DNA from: a virus
Lineage: Duplodnaviria > Caudoviricetes
Strand: one strand, 5' to 3'
IMG/VR virus record: IMGVR_UViG_3300044580_000520
Span: 1 to 28,181 of that record
Length of the DNA stretch: 28,181 nucleotides
Below are positions 1 through 8,924 of the stretch, one piece after another. The number at the start of each line of letters is the position of its first letter. Positions within the stretch are counted from its first letter, which is position 1. The translations under genes and the position numbers were made by a program. The notes under the pieces were generated by a model. The model made no database searches. It saw only the letters and a program-made list of their open reading frames with translations, and was not told the DNA's origin.

Positions 1-1443
1 TCACCGCTTAATATTACCCCAAAATAGATACACTTTCGTTTGTAATAATATCGCAAGAATATTAATTAATTTAGCAATCTTAGTGCTATCTGCTCCTTTA
101 ATGTATGTTATATAATCCGACGTTTTACCATAAGGGTCATGCCGGTTACTGGCAACTTCTCTTTTGAAGCGCGGATGTTTGCTTGCCGCGAAGGCGGTTT
201 TAAGCTGGGTAATTTGTTCTTCGTTTAAGCTCTCAAGCGCAGATAGTACATACCGTTGGCTTCCGATTAACTGTAAATTGAGACCTAGTGATAGAACTGC
301 CTGCGTTTGCCGCCGGAGTTCTTGTTTGGTTTGTTGTTCTGCGATCTTTTTCATGCCTGCTTTTTCTGCAAAGGGTGAGTATTTCGCCATGACTGCCACC
401 ATTTCCACGTATGGTGTGCCAGCTTGGGGTAAGGTATCATGAATTATTTTTTCGCCTAGGCCTATGGTGCGGTATTTTGGGTGAATTACTATGCGATTGA
501 TTATGCTTAGTTGCTCGTTGAGTTGCTGCATAGTCATTCTGGTTAAAACCTGGCGTCTTCCAAAGCAAGCGGGGGGTGGGTAACTGTAGACTATGACGCC
601 ACAAAGCTCGTCACCACGGACCATGCGGAAGATTTTGCGGGCGGGGGCTATATTGTGCCCTCGGTAGTGGAAGGGCGTGAGTTTTTGCCAGTCAGCTCTT
701 GTACCTTCTTCGATTTTCATCTCTTTGGTTAAGCTGCATTCAGTGGCTGGAATGTTTGGGTAGTATTTGATTTGGATTTCTTCGCCAAACCGCTTACGTA
801 TTAGTACGCTGGGTTTTAGATCCTCGACTAGGTCGTTATGAGTTGTAGCTACTATGACTGCTTTACACTGTTGGCGAGCGAGTTTTTGGAGGTTGTAGGC
901 GATGATTTTTGCTGTGTCTCGGTCTAGGCAGGCGGCGAATTCATCCATTAGCCACCATTGTTTGCCTGATTCGATGAGTTTGGCGATTCTGTAGCGGTAT
1001 TTTTGGCCATCGCTGAGTTGACTGTAGGTGCGTAGAAACAGAAAGGCATCGTTTAAGCCGACTTTACTTAGCAGATCTAAGCCTTGCTCGACGGTGGCGC
1101 CTACGGTTTCGATTAGCGGTTTGTCAGGGTCTACTTGGACTTCTAGGAGGTCAATTGCTTCTTCTCCAAGGTCAGCACGGATCGCCCGGAGCAAAACGCT
1201 CTTGCCGCTCCCGCTATCACCTGTTATATAGACGATGTCTTGGGGGCCTATCTTTAGTTCTGCATCCAGAACTTTGAATCGCTGGGTTTCATCGATTCCC
1301 AAACCGAAGGCTTCAGCTACAACCAAGCTCCGAGGTGTTGGCTTAGTGTGTGTTTCATAGCTAATATTGAAGGTGAATTTGCCTTCCTCTTGGTTGTATA
1401 CTCGTCGGAATTGCCTTATGCGGAGGTCTCTTTGTCGTCTCAT
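1..1443 (-). CDS. ABC-type ATPase fused to a GNAT acetyltransferase (COG2401-like; Mom-like GNAT)
   Basis: Walker A GDSGSGKS, signature LSDGQKYR, Walker B LMDEF, H-loop TTHND. C-terminal FHYRGH...LCGVIVY...RIVIHPKYRTIGLG acetyl-CoA-binding motif. No TM partner gene nearby. Confidence 0.85.
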   Translation of the reverse strand: MRRQRDLRIRQFRRVYNQEEGKFTFNISYETHTKPTPRSLVVAEAFGLGIDETQRFKVLDAELKIGPQDIVYITGDSGSGKSVLLRAIRADLGEEAIDLLEVQVDPDKPLIETVGATVEQGLDLLSKVGLNDAFLFLRTYSQLSDGQKYRYRIAKLIESGKQWWLMDEFAACLDRDTAKIIAYNLQKLARQQCKAVIVATTHNDLVEDLKPSVLIRKRFGEEIQIKYYPNIPATECSLTKEMKIEEGTRADWQKLTPFHYRGHNIAPARKIFRMVRGDELCGVIVYSYPPPACFGRRQVLTRMTMQQLNEQLSIINRIVIHPKYRTIGLGEKIIHDTLPQAGTPYVEMVAVMAKYSPFAEKAGMKKIAEQQTKQELRRQTQAVLSLGLNLQLIGSQRYVLSALESLNEEQITQLKTAFAASKHPRFKREVASNRHDPYGKTSDYITYIKGADSTKIAKLINILAILLQTKVYLFWGNIKR

Positions 1444-1450
1444 TTTTTGG

Positions 1451-2869
1451 TCACCTTGGAATAACTGTTAAGAATGGTTCTGGTTCCATCTGCACTGTTG
1501 CAAACACGGCTAGTGCGATACTCCAAAACACGTCGTCATGGGTGCCGTTTGGGTGTGAGTAGCCTATGGCGCCGTCTTTGCGAAGGTCATAACGTTCCAC
1601 GTTTAGCTCAGTGCAGAGGTCGCCCCTGTAGGGTCGCTCCCAGTTAAGCAGTGGATAATAGAACTGTTTGTTCATCATGCGCTGTTTTAGCAGGCTTGCC
1701 ATCTCGCTTTTGCGGGGCACGCTAAAGTTGACGCCTTCAGCGTTTTCGATGCCTGCAGTTTGCATGTCGGCTATGATGCTTGGGCCTTCGCGGGTGAAGT
1801 CAACTCGGATTTTTTGGAAGCCGCCCCACCTGTCCTGCAGTGCCTTTAGATAACCGAGAACTTGGGCGTAGAGTGTGGGCTGCTGGAAAATCTTCAGATG
1901 CCGAAGAAACAGTTTATCGTTTAGCCGCTCAACCACCGAGAGCACACAGTAATCACGGGTTTGTGCCAAGTCAAGTCCAGCAAAGAAGTCACCTTCACAG
2001 CTAGCTTCGGGATTGAACTCTTGGAGGTCTTCCCCACAATTCTTAACCGTACCCACGCAAGCAACGATCAAGCTCTGAGCCAGCCAAACATCTTCGTCCT
2101 CTGCCCATTCTGCCTCCATTTCACGACGCCAACGCTGCGGATCATCCCCGAACTGGCGTTTAATCTTCTCAACAATAGTGGGCTTAAGCGGACCATTGGG
2201 TTCAAGGGCATCACTCCAGCGAACATGTGACCGCGCAAAATCGGAATAGTCTTTGTGGTTGCACATCTTCCAAAACAGCGAATCTGTATTCCAAGGCGTT
2301 GACGTCGCGATTAGTTTGCCGTTGGTTGTTCCAAGCGTAAACAGGATAGCGTCATAGAGTTCCTCGTCGTTTGGAACGAAGTTGGCTTCTTCGATCCAGA
2401 TAACTTTGAAGGTTGGGCCTCTGATTGTGTCGGGGTTGTTTGGGAAGGCTTCAATCATGCTGCCGTTTGGCAACGTAATCCTTGTTTTCTGGACGTGCAA
2501 GCCGGGCTGCTGGGGAAGCTTTCGACAAAAACCGCCCATGCGTCGTATGTTGAGTTTGGTTTGGCGCCAGCTTGGACCAACAATCGCTATGTAACTGTCA
2601 GGATGCTCCCAAGCATACTTGAGAAGTAACGCTGAAACCGAAAAGCTCTTGCCTGTCTGGCGTGCCCAACGTACAGCAGTAAACTGGTTCTTCTCAAACA
2701 TCTCCGCAAGTTCCAGTTGGTAACGGTAAGGCGTAAACCCGAAGACTTGTTCAAAGAAACTCTTAACATCGCTCCTTAGGCTTTCGACCTTACGTTCACC
2801 TAGCTCTTCAGCAGCCGCTATATCTGAGCGCAAGCCTGCCCGTTCCTCAAGGAGTCGATCTTTATGCAT
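1451..2869 (-). CDS. terL: Terminase large subunit
   Basis: PYRYQ motif, Walker A ARQTGKS, Walker B IWIEEA, coupling motif TSTPW, RNase H-like GLDLAQTRD and HDDVFWSIALA. Start taken at ATG 2869, which overlaps the end of the upstream gene (track start 2899). Confidence 0.95.
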   Translation of the reverse strand: MHKDRLLEERAGLRSDIAAAEELGERKVESLRSDVKSFFEQVFGFTPYRYQLELAEMFEKNQFTAVRWARQTGKSFSVSALLLKYAWEHPDSYIAIVGPSWRQTKLNIRRMGGFCRKLPQQPGLHVQKTRITLPNGSMIEAFPNNPDTIRGPTFKVIWIEEANFVPNDEELYDAILFTLGTTNGKLIATSTPWNTDSLFWKMCNHKDYSDFARSHVRWSDALEPNGPLKPTIVEKIKRQFGDDPQRWRREMEAEWAEDEDVWLAQSLIVACVGTVKNCGEDLQEFNPEASCEGDFFAGLDLAQTRDYCVLSVVERLNDKLFLRHLKIFQQPTLYAQVLGYLKALQDRWGGFQKIRVDFTREGPSIIADMQTAGIENAEGVNFSVPRKSEMASLLKQRMMNKQFYYPLLNWERPYRGDLCTELNVERYDLRKDGAIGYSHPNGTHDDVFWSIALAVFATVQMEPEPFLTVIPR

Positions 2870-3314
2870 TGCTCTGGGACTTTTTGAGAAGTTCCGCATA
2901 CTTTTTTCTAGCCTCCATTAATTCCTCTTCCATTTCCCGATAATGCACATACTCGGCAAACCGCTCCTGGTACACTTTAACCCCAGCGATTATGCCGCGT
3001 AAACGCAAAACCTCAGCCTTATCCAGCCCCGGCGTCTTTAGCGCTTCCAAGGCGGCTGCAAGAATCTTTAGTGTCTCCTCGATGCTGGGCAAATCTTGGG
3101 GAAGCGTCAGTTCGGTAGAACAACAACAATTGGAATTTTTCGGCTGTTGTTGTTCTTTCAGTAACCCAAACTTTAGCAGCTTTTGGCGAATGGCTTCCTC
3201 AGTGTAGCGCCCGTCAAAGCTAAACACTAAGACTCTAAGGTCAGTTGTCCCCGAAGTGTACCAGTCCCTGAGTTTGTGCTCATCATCCGCAGGCCAAGGT
3301 TTGCCCTTCGTCAT
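2862..3314 (-). CDS. Probable terminase small subunit (N-terminal Myb/HTH-like domain, helical C-terminus)
   Basis: KPWPADDEHKL...TEEAIRQKLLKFGL helix-turn-helix pattern, coiled-coil tail, overlaps the start of terL. Confidence 0.55.
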   Translation of the reverse strand: MTKGKPWPADDEHKLRDWYTSGTTDLRVLVFSFDGRYTEEAIRQKLLKFGLLKEQQQPKNSNCCCSTELTLPQDLPSIEETLKILAAALEALKTPGLDKAEVLRLRGIIAGVKVYQERFAEYVHYREMEEELMEARKKYAELLKKSQSNA

Positions 3315-3553
3315 GTTTTCTGCCCCACAAACAACCCAATGACCGTGCCGCTTAGTCCGGTGATTGAAGCGAAAATCTCAGCGTTCCACGTACCTAAAAT
3401 GGCTAAGTGCGCAAACTCAAGAGCCGACATAAACGCTGTCATGCCAATGGCAAATTTGACGCCCAACACAAGCTTAGCGGGCGGCTCTTCTGCGATGAAG
3501 CGCCCTCTCTCAAAGCGTCTCCTTGTCAATGCACGCTTAATTGGGTCTGCCAT
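3311..3553 (-). CDS. Small two-TM membrane protein, holin-like candidate
   Basis: Basic N-terminus followed by two hydrophobic segments (VKFAIGMTAFMSALEFAHLAIL; IFASITGLSGTVIGLFVG), located after the tail genes. Confidence 0.5.
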   Translation of the reverse strand: MADPIKRALTRRRFERGRFIAEEPPAKLVLGVKFAIGMTAFMSALEFAHLAILGTWNAEIFASITGLSGTVIGLFVGQKT

Positions 3554-3950
3554 CGATACTCAACCTCCTCTGTGCAAGCGCTCTTCGAAAAGTTCTTGAG
3601 CGATTCATGGAACGGTGCCCGCCCATCATAAAACTGTTAACAAGCCTGCTAGCCGACTCGTTTGGAATATGCTCTTTAACTAAGACTGTTACGCCGAGTG
3701 CCCAACCGATCGGAATTGCGGTGTAGTCAAGATCGAAGAGACCATCGGCATAGCGAAAACTGTTCTGCGCAATCACGATATGCTTAATTTTGTCGCCGAT
3801 TAAACCGACAAATATTCCCCAACTTTTAACGGGGACATCGATGGTCATGCCTGAGCCGCTGCTTTTACCGACTGAGGCATCGCACCAGTCAATAGCGATT
3901 AAGTCGCCGGGGTGGATGTTTTCAAAGAGTTTTACGATTTGTTTGCTCAT
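3537..3950 (-). CDS. Viral hypothetical protein (beta-rich, IxWxDA...IP pattern)
   Basis: In operon with overlapping neighbours; GGTGA RBS before ATG 3950. Confidence 0.6.
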   Translation of the reverse strand: MSKQIVKLFENIHPGDLIAIDWCDASVGKSSGSGMTIDVPVKSWGIFVGLIGDKIKHIVIAQNSFRYADGLFDLDYTAIPIGWALGVTVLVKEHIPNESASRLVNSFMMGGHRSMNRSRTFRRALAQRRLSIDGRPN

Positions 3951-3964
3951 TTTAGAGGTCACCG

Positions 3965-5575
3965 TTATCGCCTTGCCTTGTAGTTGTTAAGGGCGTTCGT
4001 TCTGGCTTTCAAGGCATAAATCCAGTCAGCCATCAGCTGCTTCTGATAGCCAAGATTCAAAGTAACATCCAGGGTGTTGTTTTCTGCCAACAAATGATAA
4101 TCCACGCTTTTGACAAGAAAACTCACAGAGGAGATGCTTTCGTTTGGCAGAGTAACCTCAATCATATCGCCGGGCAAAATAGGCGAGGTACCATAATCGA
4201 TTAAGGTGCTTTTTAGGGCCAGCGAGGTTTTGGCCTGTTTCTTGTAGGCTAAAATGGATTTAGCTCTAAGCATGCACTCGTTATCGCTGAAGAGGTCCTC
4301 AACGATGTCCACGTACTGGCGCTCGCCATAACTGGCAATGCTTGCGGCGTCGGTTTGCACATTGCTATACCTTGCACCGGTGAAGTAGAGCTGCCCATGC
4401 CAAACTTGACCACTCACGCCAGGGGTAGCTAGATAAGCCGTGACGGTCACCGTGCGGATATTCACCCAGTCAAAGTCGCTGGGAGCAGCCCAATCCGGTG
4501 CATGATTTACATCAACGTCAAGCTGAAACGTTGACCAATCATTACTTGCAGATACACTGTTGACATTTGAGAGGTTGCGGCCACAAACTCTTGACAAGGA
4601 ATCGTGCAGGATAACCAAGAAGCCATCGGACTTGACAAGATCATCCCGCAGTAGTGCTAGAAACAGTTTGGGGTACATGTTGCCGTTTACGGTTGTGGTG
4701 AAGTAGAAGATGCTAACCGCATTGTAGGCCGTGCCCGTGGTGTTCTTTACGCTTGTGGCAGCAGAACCATACTTTATAGCGGAATCTAGAGAAATAGAGC
4801 CGCCATATCCTGTCCAGTAACCACTCGCAGGAGTAAGACTTTCGACCGTTTCATCAACGTCTACGGGTGTGCTTTTGGTGGCAGCGCCATAAATGGTTAT
4901 TTTGTTTCTAACCGAGAGGATATCCGATTCCGTTTCTGCCTCTTCAATCCGTTCAACTAAGCTGACTGAGCTTGTTTTGGCGCCCCTATGGAAAAATTCA
5001 AAACGGCCATCAGGTGCAACCCTAAAATCATATCCGATAGCGCCCGCTTTGTCGCTGTCCTGAGCGATTTGTTTGAGGATTTCCCAAGCTTGTTTATTCT
5101 CATAGTCCAAGCGGGTGAAAGTGGTGTCGGTGTTTTCAACCAGCTCAACTGCGCTTCTCACATGAGGCAGACCCGAATGATAATCGAGGAGATGCTTGAC
5201 GATGTCTTCGCCTTTCATGAGGGCATAGCCTTCGGTGACGTATTCGCGGAATAACCGCTCGCCCCAGTCACGGCCAGAAACAGTTACATAATGCTCAAAG
5301 GCGTTTGACTGGAACTTCATGTTCTCGTTTCGTGTGGTGATAAGTTGAGGACAATTAGCGCCTCGACCCATCATAATGTAACCGTCTTCGCCAAGCGCTA
5401 TTGGAGAGTTACCGGGGCTGTATTTGCCGTCCCAGTTTTGTAGGCGATAGGCGAAGCTGCTGACTTCCTCGGTTCCGCCTAAGTGCAAGGCGATTTCTTG
5501 AATGTCAGCCTGATTAATCTGACCGCCCGATACACCAGAGTAAAGAGTTACTGAAGTAGGTGCAGGTTCGCTCAA
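3965..5575 (-). CDS. Baseplate hub / tail-tip protein with an inserted beta-sandwich domain
   Basis: Follows the tape measure. Hub-like motifs VSGRDWGERL, AWEILKQIA...YDFRVAPDGRFEF, NKITIYG, DAASIASYGER, ILPGDMIEV. Trp/Gly/Ser/Thr-rich insert at about 4380-4870. Confidence 0.75.
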   Translation of the reverse strand: MSEPAPTSVTLYSGVSGGQINQADIQEIALHLGGTEEVSSFAYRLQNWDGKYSPGNSPIALGEDGYIMMGRGANCPQLITTRNENMKFQSNAFEHYVTVSGRDWGERLFREYVTEGYALMKGEDIVKHLLDYHSGLPHVRSAVELVENTDTTFTRLDYENKQAWEILKQIAQDSDKAGAIGYDFRVAPDGRFEFFHRGAKTSSVSLVERIEEAETESDILSVRNKITIYGAATKSTPVDVDETVESLTPASGYWTGYGGSISLDSAIKYGSAATSVKNTTGTAYNAVSIFYFTTTVNGNMYPKLFLALLRDDLVKSDGFLVILHDSLSRVCGRNLSNVNSVSASNDWSTFQLDVDVNHAPDWAAPSDFDWVNIRTVTVTAYLATPGVSGQVWHGQLYFTGARYSNVQTDAASIASYGERQYVDIVEDLFSDNECMLRAKSILAYKKQAKTSLALKSTLIDYGTSPILPGDMIEVTLPNESISSVSFLVKSVDYHLLAENNTLDVTLNLGYQKQLMADWIYALKARTNALNNYKARR

Positions 5576-6120
5576 GTATCCTCGACTCCTTGACGATAGA
5601 TCGCCATGTCACCTGACCGTACAATCCCTCGTGTGGCGGTAGCGGTTTGGCTGGCTGTGGAGTTGAAGTTCTGCATGCTTGACGTTGCCGTATTCATGCT
5701 GTTGGCAAAGGAGTACATTGCAACTGCAGCAGCCGCAATAACAGCGATACCTACGCCTGTTAAAGCCAAGAAAGTCCCGTAACTGATGTTTAGGGCGTTT
5801 TGTGCAGCTGTGGCAACCCAACAAGCAGCCGAATAGACCTTTTGGGCGATAGCAACACCGGTGCTCGTCGAGAGAAACATGCCCATGGCAGTAACCACCA
5901 TCATGGCAGAGTTGAAGGTGCGCATTTGGGCGTCGTTGAGCAAGCCCATTTGGTTGGCGATGTATCCGATTGCGGTGCCAGCTGCGCCGATCCCAGCCAT
6001 GGCAGTGCCCAAGTTTTTAATTCTAGCCGTCAAAGCCTCTGCATCAGTCTTAATTCTGGAGAATTCCCCGCTTGCCCTGTTAACAGCTCTAATGGTCACA
6101 GCTATTTCTCGAAAACTCAA
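5572..6120 (-). CDS. Very short tape measure protein (~182 aa)
   Basis: N-terminal IAVTIRAVNRAS tape-measure-like motif, Ala-rich helices, AAQNALN and GVGIAVIAAAAVA patterns. GGAGG RBS before TTG 6120, which overlaps the upstream stop (TTGA). Confidence 0.75.
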   Translation of the reverse strand: MSFREIAVTIRAVNRASGEFSRIKTDAEALTARIKNLGTAMAGIGAAGTAIGYIANQMGLLNDAQMRTFNSAMMVVTAMGMFLSTSTGVAIAQKVYSAACWVATAAQNALNISYGTFLALTGVGIAVIAAAAVAMYSFANSMNTATSSMQNFNSTASQTATATRGIVRSGDMAIYRQGVEDT

Positions 6121-6461
6121 AGCTGAGCCTCCGCCTTGGCAGCCCAAATAGCGTCGAGGATAACTTTTTCGAGAGCCGGCAAGTACTGCTCTAACGCAGG
6201 CGACAGGTAAGGCCGAGCCCTCATATTTCGTGTTCCAAACTCAACTGCAGCAGCGTATGTGGCCTCAGCGCCCACTTCAACCACCCAATCCTTAACTTTA
6301 GCAAAAATAGTGCGCTGCAGATAGCCAGTCCGCAATGGCACAAGCTTCTCAGCTTCCGCCTTAACAGCTTCTGCCCACTCGGCTAGAACCCTTCGGACCT
6401 CTTGTTGCATTGCGCTGTCGAATTTTGCCATGGCTGCTTGGAATTCATCTGAGCCTTCCAC
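6117..6461 (-). CDS. HK97 gp10-family neck/tail morphogenesis protein
   Basis: VPLRTGYLQRTI, YAAAVEFGTRNMRARPYLSPA motifs; true start may lie slightly upstream. Confidence 0.85.
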   Translation of the reverse strand: MEGSDEFQAAMAKFDSAMQQEVRRVLAEWAEAVKAEAEKLVPLRTGYLQRTIFAKVKDWVVEVGAEATYAAAVEFGTRNMRARPYLSPALEQYLPALEKVILDAIWAAKAEAQL

Positions 6462-6475
6462 AGTGCATGTAACTT

Positions 6476-6685
6476 CTATTGCTGCCGTTTTCCCGCCTCC
6501 CTCTCCGCTTTCCGTTTTTCTTCTTCAGCGATTTCATCCATTACGTTCAAGATGTGGCAGAACTCCTGCACTGTTCGGGCTGGCTGCTTTGCAAGCTCGA
6601 CTGGTGTCCATCCGAAGGTTTGACATAGCCTAAACTCGACAAGAGCACTGTGCGGCTTTCCTCGTCTAACTGCTCTAGTAAAAAA
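6476..6685 (-). CDS. -1 frameshift extension of the tail chaperone (gpT-like; full product ~178 aa)
   Basis: The -1 frame after TTTTTTA (6685-6679) reads FTRAVRRGKPHSALVEFRLCQTFGWTPVELAKQPARTVQEFCHILNVMDEIAEEEKRKAEREAGKRQQ* to TAG 6478-6476. Not in the ORF track. Confidence 0.75.
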   Translation of the reverse strand, partial: FFTRAVRRGKPHSALVEFRLCQTFGWTPVELAKQPARTVQEFCHILNVMDEIAEEEKRKAEREAGKRQQ

Positions 6686-7011
6686 CGCAAATCCTCCCGA
6701 GACATGCCGTTAAGCGTGTTGACTACCTTCGAGAAAAGCTCCCCAAGCTCAATCGGAATACCTACATCTTCGCCCAACAGCTTCTCAATCGTTATTGGGT
6801 GGGTTTGGGGTTGGCCATGCATGCTTGCCATGATGGTTTCAGCTTGGATGGCTATGAAGTCGCTACTCTCAACGTCACCGGACAGCTTGTTGTATTTGGT
6901 GTGCTTTTGGATGATGCGGTTACGTTTAGCCCATGTTATCTCGGCAAAGGTGTAGGTGCCTCTGTATTCTTCGCCGAATCTGCCATCAATCTCTAACTTT
7001 TCCGTTTTCAA
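6547..7011 (-). CDS. Tail assembly chaperone (gpG-like)
   Basis: Directly downstream of the tail tube gene; GAGGAG RBS before TTG; contains an in-frame slippery heptamer T TTT TTA. Confidence 0.75.
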   Translation of the reverse strand: MKTEKLEIDGRFGEEYRGTYTFAEITWAKRNRIIQKHTKYNKLSGDVESSDFIAIQAETIMASMHGQPQTHPITIEKLLGEDVGIPIELGELFSKVVNTLNGMSREDLRFLLEQLDEESRTVLLSSLGYVKPSDGHQSSLQSSQPEQCRSSATS

Positions 7012-7028
7012 CTTTATCTCCTCGGTAA

Positions 7029-7892
7029 CTATGAAATGCTAAGCGGTCCTCTAGCCGTGAAAGGTACCTTTGCATAGATCAGGTCTTCAGATTTGCCGCT
7101 CAGTGAAAAGTCAGCCCATTTTGTGTGCTCTACGCTGACTTTGTTGACCTCGCCCAACCCGAATTCAAGGTTCGACTGCTCTACGTCCGCTAAAACGTCA
7201 TCAGGTTCTTGCCTACTTTCAAACTCAAAGTTCAACTCACCCGTCAGCAGTCGTTTACCCCAAGTGAGATACTTAGCCAAGTGCCCGTTAACCGACCTTA
7301 TGACAGGGACAGGCTTGCAGCTGTTGTCTATCTGCAGCTTCCAAGAAGTAACCCGCTCGTTCATCACACCGCCGATTTTAACATAACTCTCGCTGCCTGA
7401 TACGGCGCCAGAATAGTCGGTGTAAGTAGCATCCGCAATCTTGGCTGTGCCCACTTCGATGTCTTGGGCTGGAAACTCAGCTTCACATTCCAGAATGCCG
7501 TCTATGTCGCATGTTAGGGTGGCTTTGTCAAATCTTGCGCCCTTGTAGAGCAGGCTTATGATGTCTGTGGCAGAAGCGAATTGTTCCTTGTAGTAGAGCA
7601 CTTGCAGGGAGAGGCTGGTGTTTAGTTCTTGCTTGACGTATTGCAGCAAGTTTATGGGAGCGTCCGACGGAATGGGATACTTGACTTTTAGAACAGGCTG
7701 TCTGAGTCCGCGTTTAAGAGCGACAACATCAATCGATCCTGTGCCTACTACCCTAATGTTGTTTGGGTTTATCTCCGGATCTATGTTGCTGCAGGAGTGC
7801 CCAAGCATGGCCGGGTTAGCAGGGACTACGCCGAAGGTACCTTCGGTAGCATAATAGAACTTTTCTTGGTCGCTATGATAGGTGTCCACCAT
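7029..7892 (-). CDS. Major tail tube protein
   Basis: YATEGTFGVVP N-terminal motif, VTSWKLQIDN and LTGELNFEF beta strands. GGGTGA RBS before ATG 7892. No sheath gene, so the tail is non-contractile. Confidence 0.8.
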   Translation of the reverse strand: MVDTYHSDQEKFYYATEGTFGVVPANPAMLGHSCSNIDPEINPNNIRVVGTGSIDVVALKRGLRQPVLKVKYPIPSDAPINLLQYVKQELNTSLSLQVLYYKEQFASATDIISLLYKGARFDKATLTCDIDGILECEAEFPAQDIEVGTAKIADATYTDYSGAVSGSESYVKIGGVMNERVTSWKLQIDNSCKPVPVIRSVNGHLAKYLTWGKRLLTGELNFEFESRQEPDDVLADVEQSNLEFGLGEVNKVSVEHTKWADFSLSGKSEDLIYAKVPFTARGPLSIS

Positions 7893-7907
7893 ATTTTTCA
7901 CCCGTGA

Positions 7908-8924
7908 CTATGAAATGGCCACTGACTCGAAGAGCCAAGCCATGATGACAATTTCTTCTTTGTATAGGAACGGCTTGACGTCAACTACATCGACGTCTCG
8001 GTAACTGTGCACATCGCAGAACGTTATGCCACGTACGTCAACGGTCGCTTGAACAAAATCACAGTACAAAACGGCAGGAGTTACTCCATCTGAGGGGTTG
8101 GTTGTCCGTGCCATTAGGTATAGGTAGCCTTCCTCGTTGACATAGTTCGTGAGGTTAGACGTTAAAGTGACATTCAGGGTCTCGTCTGTTCCCAAAACGC
8201 CGGTTTGTGGATTGCTCCAAGCGGCTGCTGCATTATCCCATATTTTTAGGGTAACACCGTTTCCCTGTGGAACAAGCCCAAAACCCTCAAAAGCCAAAAT
8301 TACACGCTTTAAACACTGCTTTCTCGGTTCATTTCGGCTCTCACCAGCTTTGGAGCCGATTTTGAAGCGGAAAAGCATGAAAGCACGCTCATTTGGAGTG
8401 GTTGTGCTAATAGAGTGCCTGTTATCGTCGCTTGCCCAAAGCTTAGGATACTCCGTATTATCCAGCTCACTCCAAAGAGTACTTGAGGGTTCAGGCTCCA
8501 CCTCAGCGGTTGTATCGTACGCTTTATGGGTTGTAGAACTATCATATAGAGGATAATAACAGAAGATTGTTCTATTTGGTAGGTTGCGGTTCTCGGGAAT
8601 AATCAAGAGCAACTGCTCAAGAACCTTATCACGAATGACTCTGCCGACATCTGCACCTGCAGATGGCTTGTCAACGGTTACTACAGTTGCTCGGAGGGAG
8701 TAGATGCGCCTTCTCAGTTTGCCGTCTAAAGTATGCTTTTGCTGTTGGCAAGGCTCAGAAGTCTTTGAGACGGTTATTTGGGCGTCGTAATCTTTGAGCA
8801 ATTCCCGGTCATAATTCGCCTGAGAGCATAAGACACGGGCTAAGCCGCCATCGTCTTTTACGACTCTTATACGGGACTCGATTAGGCGCAGAACTGTTAT
8901 TACCGGGTTTTCTACTTCACTCAA
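7908..8924 (-). CDS. Probable tail terminator/completion protein with a large inserted beta domain
   Basis: Position just before the tail tube gene; AAGGAGG RBS before TTG 8924 (TTGA overlap). Terminator-like N and C parts flank an insert at about 8040-8580. Confidence 0.55.
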   Translation of the reverse strand: MSEVENPVITVLRLIESRIRVVKDDGGLARVLCSQANYDRELLKDYDAQITVSKTSEPCQQQKHTLDGKLRRRIYSLRATVVTVDKPSAGADVGRVIRDKVLEQLLLIIPENRNLPNRTIFCYYPLYDSSTTHKAYDTTAEVEPEPSSTLWSELDNTEYPKLWASDDNRHSISTTTPNERAFMLFRFKIGSKAGESRNEPRKQCLKRVILAFEGFGLVPQGNGVTLKIWDNAAAAWSNPQTGVLGTDETLNVTLTSNLTNYVNEEGYLYLMARTTNPSDGVTPAVLYCDFVQATVDVRGITFCDVHSYRDVDVVDVKPFLYKEEIVIMAWLFESVAIS

